NCBI GenBank assembly: GCA_036676985.1
Contig: JAKFBU010000030.1
Coordinates: forward strand, 86,494 to 150,493
Length of the DNA: 64,000 bases
Direction: 5' to 3'
From: Candidatus Sericytochromatia bacterium
GTDB lineage: Bacteria > Cyanobacteriota > Sericytochromatia > S15B-MN24 > UBA4093
Shown in pieces: positions 43,382 to 53,296 of this stretch; the first letter of the stretch is position 1, and each line of letters begins with the position of its first letter. The position numbers and the translations under genes are program-made. Under the pieces are notes generated by a model that ran no database searches, was not told where the DNA came from, and saw only the letters and a list, made by a program, of their open reading frames with translations.

Positions 43382-44875
43382 ATGCCCGATACCCGTCCCC
43401 TGCACCTGATCGTCATCGACGGCTGGCATCCCGGCCTGCTCGAGCAGGAGCGCGGGCAGCTCCCGGCGTTCGACTACCTGGCCCAGGCGGGCACCCTCGA
43501 TCTGGAGTGCGCCTCCACCTTCCCGACCGTCACGCCCACCGCGCTCACGACCCTCGCGACGGGCGCTCCGCCCTCGCAGCACGGCATCCGCGGCATCATG
43601 TGGTATCACCGGGCCGAGGACCGCTACGTCCACTACTGGCCCTCCCACCAGGCGCTCATGCAGGGGACGCTGCCGCGGGTCCTGCGCGACATCTTCCTGA
43701 ACCTCAACGGCGAGCACCTGAGCGAGGGCACTCCGACGGTCTTCGAGCTCCTGGAGGAGGCCGGCCTCACCTGCGGCAACGTCAACTTCCCCATCAGCCG
43801 CGCCGGCTACCTGCACCGGGCCCAGCTGCCATGGCTGCTGGCCTGGGGCTCGGGCCTCGGCACCGAGGTCGGCGTGCGCGGGCCGCGCTACTGCTACCTG
43901 GGGGACTTCATTCGGCCCGCGGGACACGGACGGGCGGGCATCTTCGGGCGCTACGGCATCAACGACCGGCGCGCGGGGGAGTACGGCGCCCACATGATCC
44001 GGCACCACCGGCCGGACTTCAGCCTCATCTACCTCAACGAGCACGACATGCGCAGCCACCACGCGGGCCCCATGGGCTGCGCCTACAGCCTGCACATCAT
44101 CGATGAGCAGCTGGGCAAGCTCATGGACGCCTACGGCTCGTGGGAGCGGGCCGTCACCGAGGCCCGCTGGATCCTGGTGGGCGATCACGCCCAGAGCCCC
44201 ATCGGCGGGGTGCCGGACTACGCCGTCAACGTCTATCAGCAGCTCAAGGGCCTCAAGGTCGTCCCCCTGACAGCAGGCGGGCTCTTCGACGGCGGCGGGG
44301 ACGTGGCCTTCGCCCCCAACGACCGCTCGGCCCTGGTGTACGTGCGCGATCGCGACACCATGGACGCCCTCGTCGACGAGCTCGCGACCTGGCCGAGCGT
44401 CGACCAGATCGCCTGGCGAGAGGGCGATCGCATCCACGTCTGGCGGGCCCTGGACGGCTCCCAGCTCAGCTTCTGGCCGGGCGGCCCCCACATGGACCCC
44501 CTGGGCCGCTCCTGGAGCCTGTCGGGGCACCTGGGGGTGCTGGACCTGAGCCTCTCGCACGGCCTGATCGGCTGGAACGAGTATCCCGACGTCCTCGGCC
44601 GCCTGCAGGACGCGCTGGTGGGCGGGGCCGACGTGGTGATCACCGCGCGACGCGGCTACGAGTTCACCACCGGCCTCACCATGGGCAAGGGCAACCACGG
44701 CAGCCTTGCCAAAGAGGACTCCGTCGTCCCATTATTGACCGTAGGCCTGCCGCCGCTAGCCAAGCCTGCGCGCACCATCGACGTAGCGCCCGCGATTCTC
44801 GCGGCGTTCGGGCTCATGCATCCCAGCCCCAACGCCGAACGGAGGCAATCGTGGCCCTCATCCGTCACTGGCTAG
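43382..44875 (+). CDS. Alkaline phosphatase superfamily phosphodiesterase/nucleotide pyrophosphatase
   Basis: IDG, STFPTVT (Thr nucleophile), TLATG..P..HGI, EHDMRSH, GDH, GNHG; no signal peptide. Confidence 0.87.
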   Translation: MPDTRPLHLIVIDGWHPGLLEQERGQLPAFDYLAQAGTLDLECASTFPTVTPTALTTLATGAPPSQHGIRGIMWYHRAEDRYVHYWPSHQALMQGTLPRVLRDIFLNLNGEHLSEGTPTVFELLEEAGLTCGNVNFPISRAGYLHRAQLPWLLAWGSGLGTEVGVRGPRYCYLGDFIRPAGHGRAGIFGRYGINDRRAGEYGAHMIRHHRPDFSLIYLNEHDMRSHHAGPMGCAYSLHIIDEQLGKLMDAYGSWERAVTEARWILVGDHAQSPIGGVPDYAVNVYQQLKGLKVVPLTAGGLFDGGGDVAFAPNDRSALVYVRDRDTMDALVDELATWPSVDQIAWREGDRIHVWRALDGSQLSFWPGGPHMDPLGRSWSLSGHLGVLDLSLSHGLIGWNEYPDVLGRLQDALVGGADVVITARRGYEFTTGLTMGKGNHGSLAKEDSVVPLLTVGLPPLAKPARTIDVAPAILAAFGLMHPSPNAERRQSWPSSVTG

Positions 44876-45204
44876 CCACTGCGCTCGCCTTCATGCTAGT
44901 CGCCTACTACCTGCCCGGCTTCCGGGTCCTCGACTGGACCGACGCGGCGATCGCGAGCGCCGTGCTCGGACTGCTCAACGCGATCGTCAAGCCGATCCTG
45001 GTCTTCTTCACCATGCCCCTGACGTTCCTCACGCTCGGGCTCTTCATCCTGGTCATCAACGGTCTGATGATGTGGGGCGTGGACGTGCTCGTCGACGGCA
45101 TCCGCATCGACGGCTTCCTCACCGCCATGGTGGCGGCCTTGCTCGTCTCATTGGCCAGCTGGGCCATCGGAGGCGTGTTCAAGGCCCTGCTCAAGCAAAA
45201 GTAG
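44851..45204 (+). CDS. YvlD/4-TM phage-holin-family membrane protein
   Basis: GTG after GGAGG; LGLLNAIVKPILVFFTMPLTFLTLGLFILVING. Confidence 0.85.
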   Translation: MALIRHWLATALAFMLVAYYLPGFRVLDWTDAAIASAVLGLLNAIVKPILVFFTMPLTFLTLGLFILVINGLMMWGVDVLVDGIRIDGFLTAMVAALLVSLASWAIGGVFKALLKQK

Positions 45205-45210
45205 GGCGCC

Positions 45211-46422
45211 GTGGCCACCTTCGGCAGCTACCGCGAGGTCCTCGGGAACACGCCCTTCCTGTGCCTGTGGATCTCTCAGCTGCTCAGCCAGGTGGCCGAC
45301 AAGATCTTCTTCGTCCTGCTCATCGCCCTCATCACCGAGCACAGCCGCTCCCATGCCATGGTGAGCCTCGCGCTCATCGCCAACGGCTTGCCGGCGGTCC
45401 TCTTCGGCCTGCTCGCGGGGGTGATCGTCGATCGCACCGACAAGCGCCGGACCATGATGACCACCAACTTCCTGCGGGCGGCCGCGGTGGCGATCCTGCC
45501 CTTCGTGGCCCACTCCCCGTGGGCGCTGGTGGCGCTGTCGTTCCTGATCGCGACCGCCTCCCAGCCCTTCGCCCCCGCGGAGGCCGCGACCATCCCCATG
45601 GTCGTGCCGCGCAACAACTTGCTGACGGCCAACGCCCTCTTCTCGAGCACCATGGTCGCGTCCATCATCCTGGGCTTCACGGTCGCAGAGCCCTTGCTGG
45701 GCACCATCGGGACGCTCTGGCTCTCCGCGGCGACGGCCGCCATGTATGCGCTCGCGGGACTGTGCGATCTGGGCGTGCGATACCCCCCCGAAACGCCCCG
45801 TGAAGGGCGCTCCGTAAGGGATTTGCTTGACGAACTAAAGGAAGGCTGGCAGTATATTCGGCATGAACGGCCGATCCGCGGGGCGATCGTCGCCCAGGTG
45901 ACGCTGTTTGCGATGTTCGCGGGCATGTCCGTGTTGGCGATCCTGTTCGCCAAGGCGGAGCTGCGAGTCCCCTTCTCCTGGTTCCTCGCGGTGGCGGGGC
46001 TCGGGATGGCCTTCGGCAGCGTGCTGGTGACGCACGTCGCACGCGACGTGCCGCGCTCGTGGCTGGTAAACGGGGGGTTCTTGGTCGTCGGGCTCTCGCT
46101 CCTGGCCCTGTCGGCGGCCAACGCCGAAACGGCAGCCTTTGCCTTCGCGCTCGCCGCTCTGATCGGCCTCGCGAGCGCATCGGTGGTCCTGCCCCTGCAG
46201 ACCGAACTGCAGGAGCGCGTCCCGGACCGGCTGAGGGGCAAGGTGTTCGGCGCGCAGAACATGGCGACCAACATCGCCACGGCGGTCCCCATCGCGGGTG
46301 TCGGCCTCTTGGCGGACGCCATCGGGGTCCGGGCGGTGTTCACGATCATGGGCGTCCTGATGCTGATCGCCGCGGCCTGGGGCGGGTGGCGTTCGAGAAA
46401 GGTGGACCGGAACCCCGCATGA
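45211..46422 (+). CDS. MFS transporter (DHA3-like)
   Basis: LWISQLLSQVAD, GVIVDRTDKRR motif A, FAPAE.A.IP, LQERVPDRLRGKVFG. Confidence 0.9.
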   Translation: MATFGSYREVLGNTPFLCLWISQLLSQVADKIFFVLLIALITEHSRSHAMVSLALIANGLPAVLFGLLAGVIVDRTDKRRTMMTTNFLRAAAVAILPFVAHSPWALVALSFLIATASQPFAPAEAATIPMVVPRNNLLTANALFSSTMVASIILGFTVAEPLLGTIGTLWLSAATAAMYALAGLCDLGVRYPPETPREGRSVRDLLDELKEGWQYIRHERPIRGAIVAQVTLFAMFAGMSVLAILFAKAELRVPFSWFLAVAGLGMAFGSVLVTHVARDVPRSWLVNGGFLVVGLSLLALSAANAETAAFAFALAALIGLASASVVLPLQTELQERVPDRLRGKVFGAQNMATNIATAVPIAGVGLLADAIGVRAVFTIMGVLMLIAAAWGGWRSRKVDRNPA

Positions 46423-47633
46423 AGATCCTGCTGGTGGCCGATCAGTACTACCCGCCGACCCTGGGGGGGAGCGCCATCACGATCCGGCGCCTGGCTCACG
46501 GCCTGGCCGAGCGCGGCAACGACGTCACGGTCCTGGCTCCGGGCGTGCAGGGCCTGCGCAGCTACGTCGAGCGCGACGGCAACACGGTCGTGGTCCGCAC
46601 CCGCGCCATTCCGGCCCTGCACCTGGCGACCAACACCAACAAGGCGTCGGCGCCTCGCCTGGCCTTGTTGCCGGAGGGCATCGTCGAGCGCACGATCCAG
46701 CGGATCATGCCGGACCTGGTCCAGATCGTGACGCCCACCATCATGGGCGGGGCGGCCTACAAGCATGCCAAGAAGCTGGGCATCCCGGTGGTGGCCTCCA
46801 ACCACGGCATCCCCGACAACCTGATCCCCTTTCCCTACAACCGCGAGTGGCTCGCTTACAAGATCTGGGACAACGTGTACTGGAGCGAGGTCATCGGCCT
46901 CCTGAACCAGTGCGACTTCGTCACGGCGCCCACCAACCTCGCCTGCGACATGCTCACGGAGCGCGGCCTGGAGAAGCAGCCGGTGCCCGTGTCGAACGGC
47001 GTGGACCTCACGGTCTTCCGGCCGCCCGCTCCGGGCGAGAAGGAGCGGCTGCGCGCCCGCTTCAAGCTGCCCTCGGACAAGCCCATCGTGCTTTATGCGG
47101 GTCGATTGGCCATCGAGAAGCGCCTCGACCTCTTGCTAGACGCCATGCCCAAGGTGCTCGAGCAGACCGCAGCGCACTTCCTGTTCATGGGGGCGGGCTC
47201 CCTGGACGTGAAGGGGATGGTCGCGGAGATGGGGCTCTCCGAGCACGCGACCTTCACGGGCCTGGTCGATGACCAGACTCTGCCGCTAGTCTACCGGGCG
47301 GCGGACATGCTGGTCATGCCCTCGGAGGCGGAACTGCAGGGCATGGTGCTCCTGGAGGGCGCTGCGAGCGCCCTGCCGCTCATCGGAGCGAACGCCCTAG
47401 CGTTGCCCGAGATCGTCATCCACGGGACCAACGGCTTCCTGCACGTGCCGGGCAGCGTCGAGGACCTCACCGAGCGCATCGTGACGCTCTGCGAGGACCC
47501 GCTGTTGCGCGAGCAGTACGGGACGGCGAGCATGGAGCTGGTGCAGCACCACTCGCTGGAAGCCTGCGTCGCCCAGATGGAGGCCATCTACCACGACGCC
47601 GTGCGGCTGTTCGCGGGGGTGACGGTCGAGTAG
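46419..47633 (+). CDS. GT4 glycosyltransferase (diacylglycerol alpha-glucosyltransferase-like)
   Basis: DQYYPPTLGG, VSNGVD, YAGRLAIEKR, PSEAELQGMVLLEG. Confidence 0.87.
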   Translation: MKILLVADQYYPPTLGGSAITIRRLAHGLAERGNDVTVLAPGVQGLRSYVERDGNTVVVRTRAIPALHLATNTNKASAPRLALLPEGIVERTIQRIMPDLVQIVTPTIMGGAAYKHAKKLGIPVVASNHGIPDNLIPFPYNREWLAYKIWDNVYWSEVIGLLNQCDFVTAPTNLACDMLTERGLEKQPVPVSNGVDLTVFRPPAPGEKERLRARFKLPSDKPIVLYAGRLAIEKRLDLLLDAMPKVLEQTAAHFLFMGAGSLDVKGMVAEMGLSEHATFTGLVDDQTLPLVYRAADMLVMPSEAELQGMVLLEGAASALPLIGANALALPEIVIHGTNGFLHVPGSVEDLTERIVTLCEDPLLREQYGTASMELVQHHSLEACVAQMEAIYHDAVRLFAGVTVE

Positions 47634-47679
47634 GCTGCTTCCGGCTGACTTGCATGCTCTCTTAGTCTTCATGCACCGG

Positions 47680-47856
47680 AGGAACCGTTCGCCTTTCGAC
47701 CGGGCTCAAGGTGAACGGGTTTGTTGTTGACCTCAAGGGGTTAGTATTCAAGCCAAGGTAAGATCACTCAAGCCAGTCACTGCCAGGGGAAGGTGACTCG
47801 AGCCACCCACAACAATCCCGTTCACACTGAGCCAGGTCGAAAGTCGAACGGTTCCT
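47680..47856. repeat. REPIN/MITE-like element: two inverted family B units
   Basis: About 48-bp imperfect terminal inverted repeats (AGGAACCGTTCG..GAACGGG.TTGTTGT) around a core containing TCAAGCCA, TCAAGCCA and TCGAGCCA. Confidence 0.75.
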
Positions 47857-47857
47857 T

Positions 47858-47889
47858 AAAAAAAGCGCCGGCCTCTCGGGCCGGCGCTT
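47858..47889 (-). terminator. Intrinsic terminator of MGDG-synthase gene
   Basis: AAGCGCCGGCC-loop-GGCCGGCGCTT with T-run on the minus strand. Confidence 0.8.
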
Positions 47890-47897
47890 CACCTTGA

Positions 47898-49070
47898 TTA
47901 CCGCTCGCTCAAACTCGGTGTCCGCTCACCGGCCACCTGCGCGTTCACGATCAGGTCCACCAGGTCGTAGACCGCGTTCGGGTTGTTGATCCGGCGCATG
48001 TTCTCGCGCAGCTTCTCGACCTTCTGGGGGTTGTCCATCAGATCCCGCACCAGCTCCGAGACGCCATGCCGGCGGGTGACGATGAGGCCGATGCCCTTGT
48101 CCACCACGAAGTCCAGGTTGCCCTTCTCCTGCGGCATGGGCGTGAAGATCCCGTCGATGAGCATCGGGATCTCCTTGTACGCCAGCTCCGCGATGGTGCC
48201 GGGGCCCGGCTTGGAGATGGCGAGGTCCGCGGCGTCCATCAGGGTCGGCATCTGGTCGGTGAACCCCAGGACCTTGATGGGGATGCGGGAGTGGGCCGCG
48301 AGCCGGTCCATCTTGCGCTTGAGGGCCGCGTTGCGGCCGCACACGACGATGAGCTGCAGGGGCAGGCCGGACTCGGCGAGCTCCTTGGAGAAGCGGATCG
48401 TGTTCTTGTTGGCCACCCCGCCCATGGTGATGAGCACCGTGAAGCGGTCGAGGGCCATGCCGAGGTCCCGGCGGGCCTGCTCCCGGGACTTGGCGGCCAC
48501 CATGAAGCTCGGGTTGACGGGCATGCCGTTCAGGACCTTGATCCGCTCGGCGGGCATCCCGTACTCGATGACCTGCTGCCGGGTCTCCTCGAGCATGGTG
48601 ATCATGCCGTCCGCCTCGGGATGCACCCAGCCGCGCAGGAAGTTGCGCGTCAGGTCCGTCACGAAGATGTAGTAGGGCTTCTTGCCCTTCCAGCTGAGCC
48701 GCTCCATGAGGTTGAGCGCGATGTAGTTGAAGACGCCGAACACCGAGACGATGATGTCCGGGTTGACGGACTGGAAGAACTCCTCGAAGTTGCGGGCCGC
48801 CTTGGGCAACAGCGGGAACACCAGCTGCTCGGCGTTGACGGCGTTCATGATGGTGTAGCCGTAGCGCACCATGCGCGGATCCGCCTTGAGCATGTCGTTG
48901 TAGGAGTTGTAGAGGTAGGTGACGCGCTGGCTCTTGCTCTCCCGGGAGATGTGCATCAGCACGACCTCGCACTCGGGATAACGCTGCTTCATCGCGTTCT
49001 CGATGGCCTTGGCGTTGGCATAATGGCCACCACCGGCCGTTTCGTAGATGACTAGGACGCGTTTCTTCAT
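47898..49070 (-). CDS. MGDG synthase/UgtP family (GT28) diacylglycerol glycosyltransferase
   Basis: AGGGH, VTD, GMPV, VVCGRN, LGFTDQM..LMDAAD..ISKPG..TIAE, QEKGN. Confidence 0.88.
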   Translation of the reverse strand: MKKRVLVIYETAGGGHYANAKAIENAMKQRYPECEVVLMHISRESKSQRVTYLYNSYNDMLKADPRMVRYGYTIMNAVNAEQLVFPLLPKAARNFEEFFQSVNPDIIVSVFGVFNYIALNLMERLSWKGKKPYYIFVTDLTRNFLRGWVHPEADGMITMLEETRQQVIEYGMPAERIKVLNGMPVNPSFMVAAKSREQARRDLGMALDRFTVLITMGGVANKNTIRFSKELAESGLPLQLIVVCGRNAALKRKMDRLAAHSRIPIKVLGFTDQMPTLMDAADLAISKPGPGTIAELAYKEIPMLIDGIFTPMPQEKGNLDFVVDKGIGLIVTRRHGVSELVRDLMDNPQKVEKLRENMRRINNPNAVYDLVDLIVNAQVAGERTPSLSER

Positions 49071-49280
49071 GGGTAGTGGATCTCCTGAGCGGCCCTACGG
49101 CCTACCCGCACCATACCCGGCATGCCGGGCCCCCTATCGGCTCAGGCTAGGGTTTGACACGTGGTGCGCCTCACCGCACCAGAGCACCCGGTGTGGGATA
49201 ATGGGCGCCTGGCCCCGCGTTAGGCAGGCCCAAGCGAGGGGTAAGATCCTCGTGAACGATCGCAAGGAGGATCCGGGAAC

Positions 49281-49919
49281 ATGCGCTCCCGACTACTGCA
49301 GGGCGTCATGCTGACCACCCTCGTCGCATCCCTCACCGGGTGCGGCGAGCTGCCCCTCGTGGGCGATCTCGGCGCGAGCATGTCCGGGGTCACCGAGTCC
49401 CTGGCGAGCTTGCCCGTGGTCGGCCAGTTCCTCCCGCAGCCCGAGCCGACGCCCAGGCCGCGCCCCACCCCCCGTCCGGGCCGCCGACGCGTCGTGGCCG
49501 CGGCCGCCGCCAACAACCCGGCCGTCACGTCCCCCGACGCCACCGACAGCCCCGCGGTGATCGTCGCCCAGAACCCGCAGGCCGTCTTCTCGGCGTGGGC
49601 CGAGCGCAACCGCCGCTTCGACAAGCTGCGCACCGACGGTCTCATGCAGCTCTACAACGGCCAGACCGCGGGCGCTATCCATTCCTTCAAGGAAGCCCAG
49701 GCCTTGCGTCCCCATGACTCGAACATCGGGACCCTGGTGTCGATGGCTTCCAACCCGTCGGCCTTCAGGTCCGAAGGCCCTGCCGTCTCCGCCGTGGGCG
49801 CCCCGCCGAGCCTTCCGCTGCCCGAGACCCCCGGCCTGCCCGCCGGCGCCGCCGGCGCGGTCAACCAGCTCCTCAACGGCGCCCAGGGCGCGGGCGACAC
49901 ACCGGGCGGCCTGTTCTAG
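49281..49919 (+). CDS. Lipoprotein with TPR-like helix pair
   Basis: SD AAGGGAGG; lipobox LTGC; GAIHSFKEAQALRPHD. Confidence 0.68.
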   Translation: MRSRLLQGVMLTTLVASLTGCGELPLVGDLGASMSGVTESLASLPVVGQFLPQPEPTPRPRPTPRPGRRRVVAAAAANNPAVTSPDATDSPAVIVAQNPQAVFSAWAERNRRFDKLRTDGLMQLYNGQTAGAIHSFKEAQALRPHDSNIGTLVSMASNPSAFRSEGPAVSAVGAPPSLPLPETPGLPAGAAGAVNQLLNGAQGAGDTPGGLF

Positions 49920-49934
49920 TGCCCAGGTGATCCG

Positions 49935-50471
49935 TTGGTACTCCTGGCGGCCCCCCTCGAGGACATTCGCGGTCTCAAACCCTTCCTGACAGTCGGCCCC
50001 AACCCCTGGGCGATCGCGCTCGTGGCCATCGTGGCCGCCGTCGTGGCGCTGGTCTTCTGGTACCTCGCGCGCCAGCAGGCCGCGGACGACGACGAGACGG
50101 TCGTCGCGCCGGCGCATGCGCCCAAGACCATCCGCGCCCGCTTGGACGCCCTCAAGAAGGTCGCCGAGGCCGGCGACACCATCCGCTTCTGCGACCAGCT
50201 GAGCGAGATCCTGCGCGACTTCCTCCTGCAGCGCTATGGCCTCAGCAGCCGCCGCCTGACGAGCTCCGAGGTGCTCGTGGAGCTCGAGCGGCGCCGGGTG
50301 CCCAACGCCGTCCACCAACATCTGGAGAGCATCTTCGCGGCCTGCGACCTCGTCAAGTTCGCCAAGGTTCGCCTGGACCGCGCGGAGCTGCGCGAGCACC
50401 TGACCACGGCCTACCTGGTCCTGGAGTTCGCGGGGCACGGGCACGTCGACGGAACGAGGGCGGACGCATGA
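49935..50471 (+). CDS. Bat-operon-associated single-TM protein (DUF4381-like)
   Basis: LEDIRG..W..TM; LSEILRDFL..RYG....LTSSE, DLVKFAK. Confidence 0.75.
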   Translation: MVLLAAPLEDIRGLKPFLTVGPNPWAIALVAIVAAVVALVFWYLARQQAADDDETVVAPAHAPKTIRARLDALKKVAEAGDTIRFCDQLSEILRDFLLQRYGLSSRRLTSSEVLVELERRRVPNAVHQHLESIFAACDLVKFAKVRLDRAELREHLTTAYLVLEFAGHGHVDGTRADA

Positions 50472-51487
50472 CCTTCGCCCAGCCCGCCTGGCTTCTGGCC
50501 CTCGCCCTCATCCCGCTTCTCTTGTGGCTGCAGCGGCGCCCGAAGTACCAGGGCATCCCGCTCTCCACCTTCCGGCTGCTCGAAGGCGATGCCCGCAAGG
50601 CCCCCCGCTGGATCGGCCTCGCCCAGCGCGGCCTGCAGATCCTGGCGCTCGCGGTCATGGTGTGTGCGCTCGCGCGGCCGCAGGGGGCGGGCACCTGGAT
50701 CGAGCAGAAACGCTTCGGCATCGACATCATGCTCGCCCTGGACATCTCGGGCTCCATGCGGGCCGAGGACTTCCAGCCCGCCAACCGCCTCGAGGCCGCC
50801 AAGCGCGTGCTCAAGGAGTTCGTCGCCAAGAACGCCGAGAACCGGCTGGGGCTCGTGGTCTTCGCGGGCCGCAGCCTCACCATGTGCCCCCTGACCACCG
50901 ACACGCAGGTGGTGTCGCAGGTGGTGGACCGGGTCGGCTTCGACTCGGTGGGCATCGACGGCACGGCCATCGGGGACGGCATCGGCAACAGCCTGTACCG
51001 GCTGGAGGACCGCTCGGCCAAGAGCCGCGTCATCGTGCTGCTCTCGGACGGGGCGAACAACTCGGGCTACCTGCAGCCCATGGCCGCCGCCAGCATGGCC
51101 CGGGCACGGGGCGTCAAGATCTACACCATCGCCGTGGGCAGTGCGGGCGGGGCCCCCATCCCGCTCGTGGACACGTTCGGCCGCAAGGTCTACGTCCGCA
51201 ACCGAGACGGCACCCTCTACCTACCCAAGATGGACGAGCCGACCCTCCAGAGCATCGCGCAGCAGACGGGCGGACGCTTCTTTAGGGCGACGGACACCCG
51301 GAGCCTCTCCGAGGCCTACGCCGAGATCGCCAAGCTCGAGCGCTCGGAGATCCCGGTGGAGCGCCACCGGGTGCCCACCGAGCTCTTCGGGGGCTTCGTG
51401 GCGGCGGCCCTCGGGCTCGTCGGCCTCCAGATCCTGCTCGCGGCGGGTGCGGGCTCCGTGCTCAAGGGGAGCGTGCGGCATGGTTAG
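50468..51487 (+). CDS. batA: BatA-like vWA domain membrane protein
   Basis: MTFAQPAWL, ALARPQ, DISGSM MIDAS, GTAIGDG, LLSDGANN, KIYTIAVG. Confidence 0.88.
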   Translation: MTFAQPAWLLALALIPLLLWLQRRPKYQGIPLSTFRLLEGDARKAPRWIGLAQRGLQILALAVMVCALARPQGAGTWIEQKRFGIDIMLALDISGSMRAEDFQPANRLEAAKRVLKEFVAKNAENRLGLVVFAGRSLTMCPLTTDTQVVSQVVDRVGFDSVGIDGTAIGDGIGNSLYRLEDRSAKSRVIVLLSDGANNSGYLQPMAAASMARARGVKIYTIAVGSAGGAPIPLVDTFGRKVYVRNRDGTLYLPKMDEPTLQSIAQQTGGRFFRATDTRSLSEAYAEIAKLERSEIPVERHRVPTELFGGFVAAALGLVGLQILLAAGAGSVLKGSVRHG

Positions 51488-53228
51488 CTGGGATCAGCCG
51501 CTCTGGCTCTGGGCGCTCGTGCTGCTCCTGCCCATGGGCTGGAGCCTGGCGCAGATGCTCTGGCGGCTGCGCTCGCGCAAGGAGCGCTACGCGGAGTCGG
51601 ACCTGCTCGCCGAGATGCGCGTGCGGGTGCCCGAGCGCGAGGAGGCCCTCCGGCTCGGCCTCTTGATCGCTTCCTTCGCCTGTCTCCTGGTCGCCGCCGC
51701 GGGCCCGCGGGTGGGTGGCAAGCTTGGCACGCGCCTGCCCGGTGAGGTCCCGACCCTGGTGGTCGCCCTCGACGTCTCCAAGAGCATGGGCGTCTCGGAC
51801 GTCTCGCCGAGCCGCATGGAGGCCGCGCGCACGGGCGTGGGCATCCTGCTCGACAACCTTCCGGGCTGGCGCGTCGGGCTCGTCGCCTTCGCGGACGAGG
51901 CCATGGTGCTCTGTCCCATGACCTCGGACGTCTCGGCGGTCAAGACGCTCGCCGCGCGCCTCAAGCCGGGCCATGCGGAGCTCCGGCAGGGCTCGAACCT
52001 CGAGCAAGCCCTTCAGGTCGCCCAGGGGCAGCTGCGGGGCCGTCCCGGCGCGATCCTGGTGGCCTCGGACGGCGAGGAGCTGGCGGGCGAGCTCAAGAAG
52101 GTCCTGCCCCAGCTCCAGAAGTCGGGGACGGTCGCCTACGCCTTCGGCGTGGGCTCGAGCGCGGGCGGCCGCATCCCGGACGGTCAGGACCTCTTCGGCG
52201 AGCCCACCTACCGGCTCGACCGCATGGGCACGCCCGTCCTCTCCAAGGCCAACCTGCGCGCGCTCGAGACGCTCGCCAAGGAGACGGGCGGGGTCTACGC
52301 CGACGGCGGGGCGCCGGGTGCGGCCGAGGACCTGCTCGCGGCCCTGCGGGCCCGCTGGGGCGAGGAAGCGATCGCCGAGACCGGCCGCAGCCTCTACCAG
52401 TGGCCGCTCGTCATCGGTCTCTTGCTCTGGCTCGCCTCGGTCCTCTTGGAGTACCGGGCGCGCCTCTCCTTCGGCTCCCACCTGTCAGCGGCCAAGCTCT
52501 GGCGGCGCCTCTCGCGCCAGGCGGGGCTGATCCTCGCGCTCGCGGCGCTCTCCCAGACGGCCTGGACCTGGCCCTGGGCGGGGATGCAAGAGGTCCAGAA
52601 GGCAGGCAAGGCCTATACCGCGGGCAAGTACGACGAGGCCGGGCGCACGCTCGAGGCGGCCATCAAGGCCAACCCCGGAGACTCGCGCCTCCACTACGAC
52701 CTGGGCTGTGCGCGGTACCAGGCCGGGGACTTCGCGGGAGCGAGCAAGGCCTTCGGCCAGGCGCTCGAGAAGCTGCCCAAGGGCTCCAAGAACGAGGGCT
52801 GGATCCGCTACAACCTCGGCAACGCCGAGTACCGCCTGGGCGAGACCCGCAACGATCGGCGCAAGCACTGGCAGAAGGCGGTGGAGAATTACCAGGCGGC
52901 CGTGAAGCTGGACTCCCAGGACGCCGATGCCCGCTACAACCTGGATCTCGTGACCAAGCGCCTCAAGGAGCTGCCGCCTCAGAAGCCGCAGGGCGGCGGC
53001 GCGCAGCAGCAAGAGAAGCCGCAGCCCGCGCCGGGCGGCGAGTCGCTGCCGAACGAGGCGGAGATCCAGGCGACGCTGGATGCCCTGCAGCACGAAGAGC
53101 GGAAGCTGCAGGAGGCCGTGAAGCCTCCCGAGACGGTCGAGCCTCCGACGACGGCCTCGGATCTCTTCAAGCAGCTGATGAACCAGTCGACGAAACCAAA
53201 CGCCTTCTCGGATCGTCCAGACTGGTAG
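51480..53228 (+). CDS. BatB-like vWA domain fused to BatC-like TPR domain
   Basis: DVSKSM..DVSPSR, SDGE, AFGVGS..GG.IP; then TPRs (YNLGNAEYR, DADARYNL). Confidence 0.85.
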   Translation: MVSWDQPLWLWALVLLLPMGWSLAQMLWRLRSRKERYAESDLLAEMRVRVPEREEALRLGLLIASFACLLVAAAGPRVGGKLGTRLPGEVPTLVVALDVSKSMGVSDVSPSRMEAARTGVGILLDNLPGWRVGLVAFADEAMVLCPMTSDVSAVKTLAARLKPGHAELRQGSNLEQALQVAQGQLRGRPGAILVASDGEELAGELKKVLPQLQKSGTVAYAFGVGSSAGGRIPDGQDLFGEPTYRLDRMGTPVLSKANLRALETLAKETGGVYADGGAPGAAEDLLAALRARWGEEAIAETGRSLYQWPLVIGLLLWLASVLLEYRARLSFGSHLSAAKLWRRLSRQAGLILALAALSQTAWTWPWAGMQEVQKAGKAYTAGKYDEAGRTLEAAIKANPGDSRLHYDLGCARYQAGDFAGASKAFGQALEKLPKGSKNEGWIRYNLGNAEYRLGETRNDRRKHWQKAVENYQAAVKLDSQDADARYNLDLVTKRLKELPPQKPQGGGAQQQEKPQPAPGGESLPNEAEIQATLDALQHEERKLQEAVKPPETVEPPTTASDLFKQLMNQSTKPNAFSDRPDW

Positions 53229-53296
53229 AGCTGATTGACGGGCCAATCAAATCCGATAGAATGAAGCCGCCCGTGTGTCCATCCAAAGGAGGATCC

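Noticed and set aside
44851-45204. Holin as evidence of a prophage
   Set aside because: YvlD-type family is commonly chromosomal, and no phage genes are nearby
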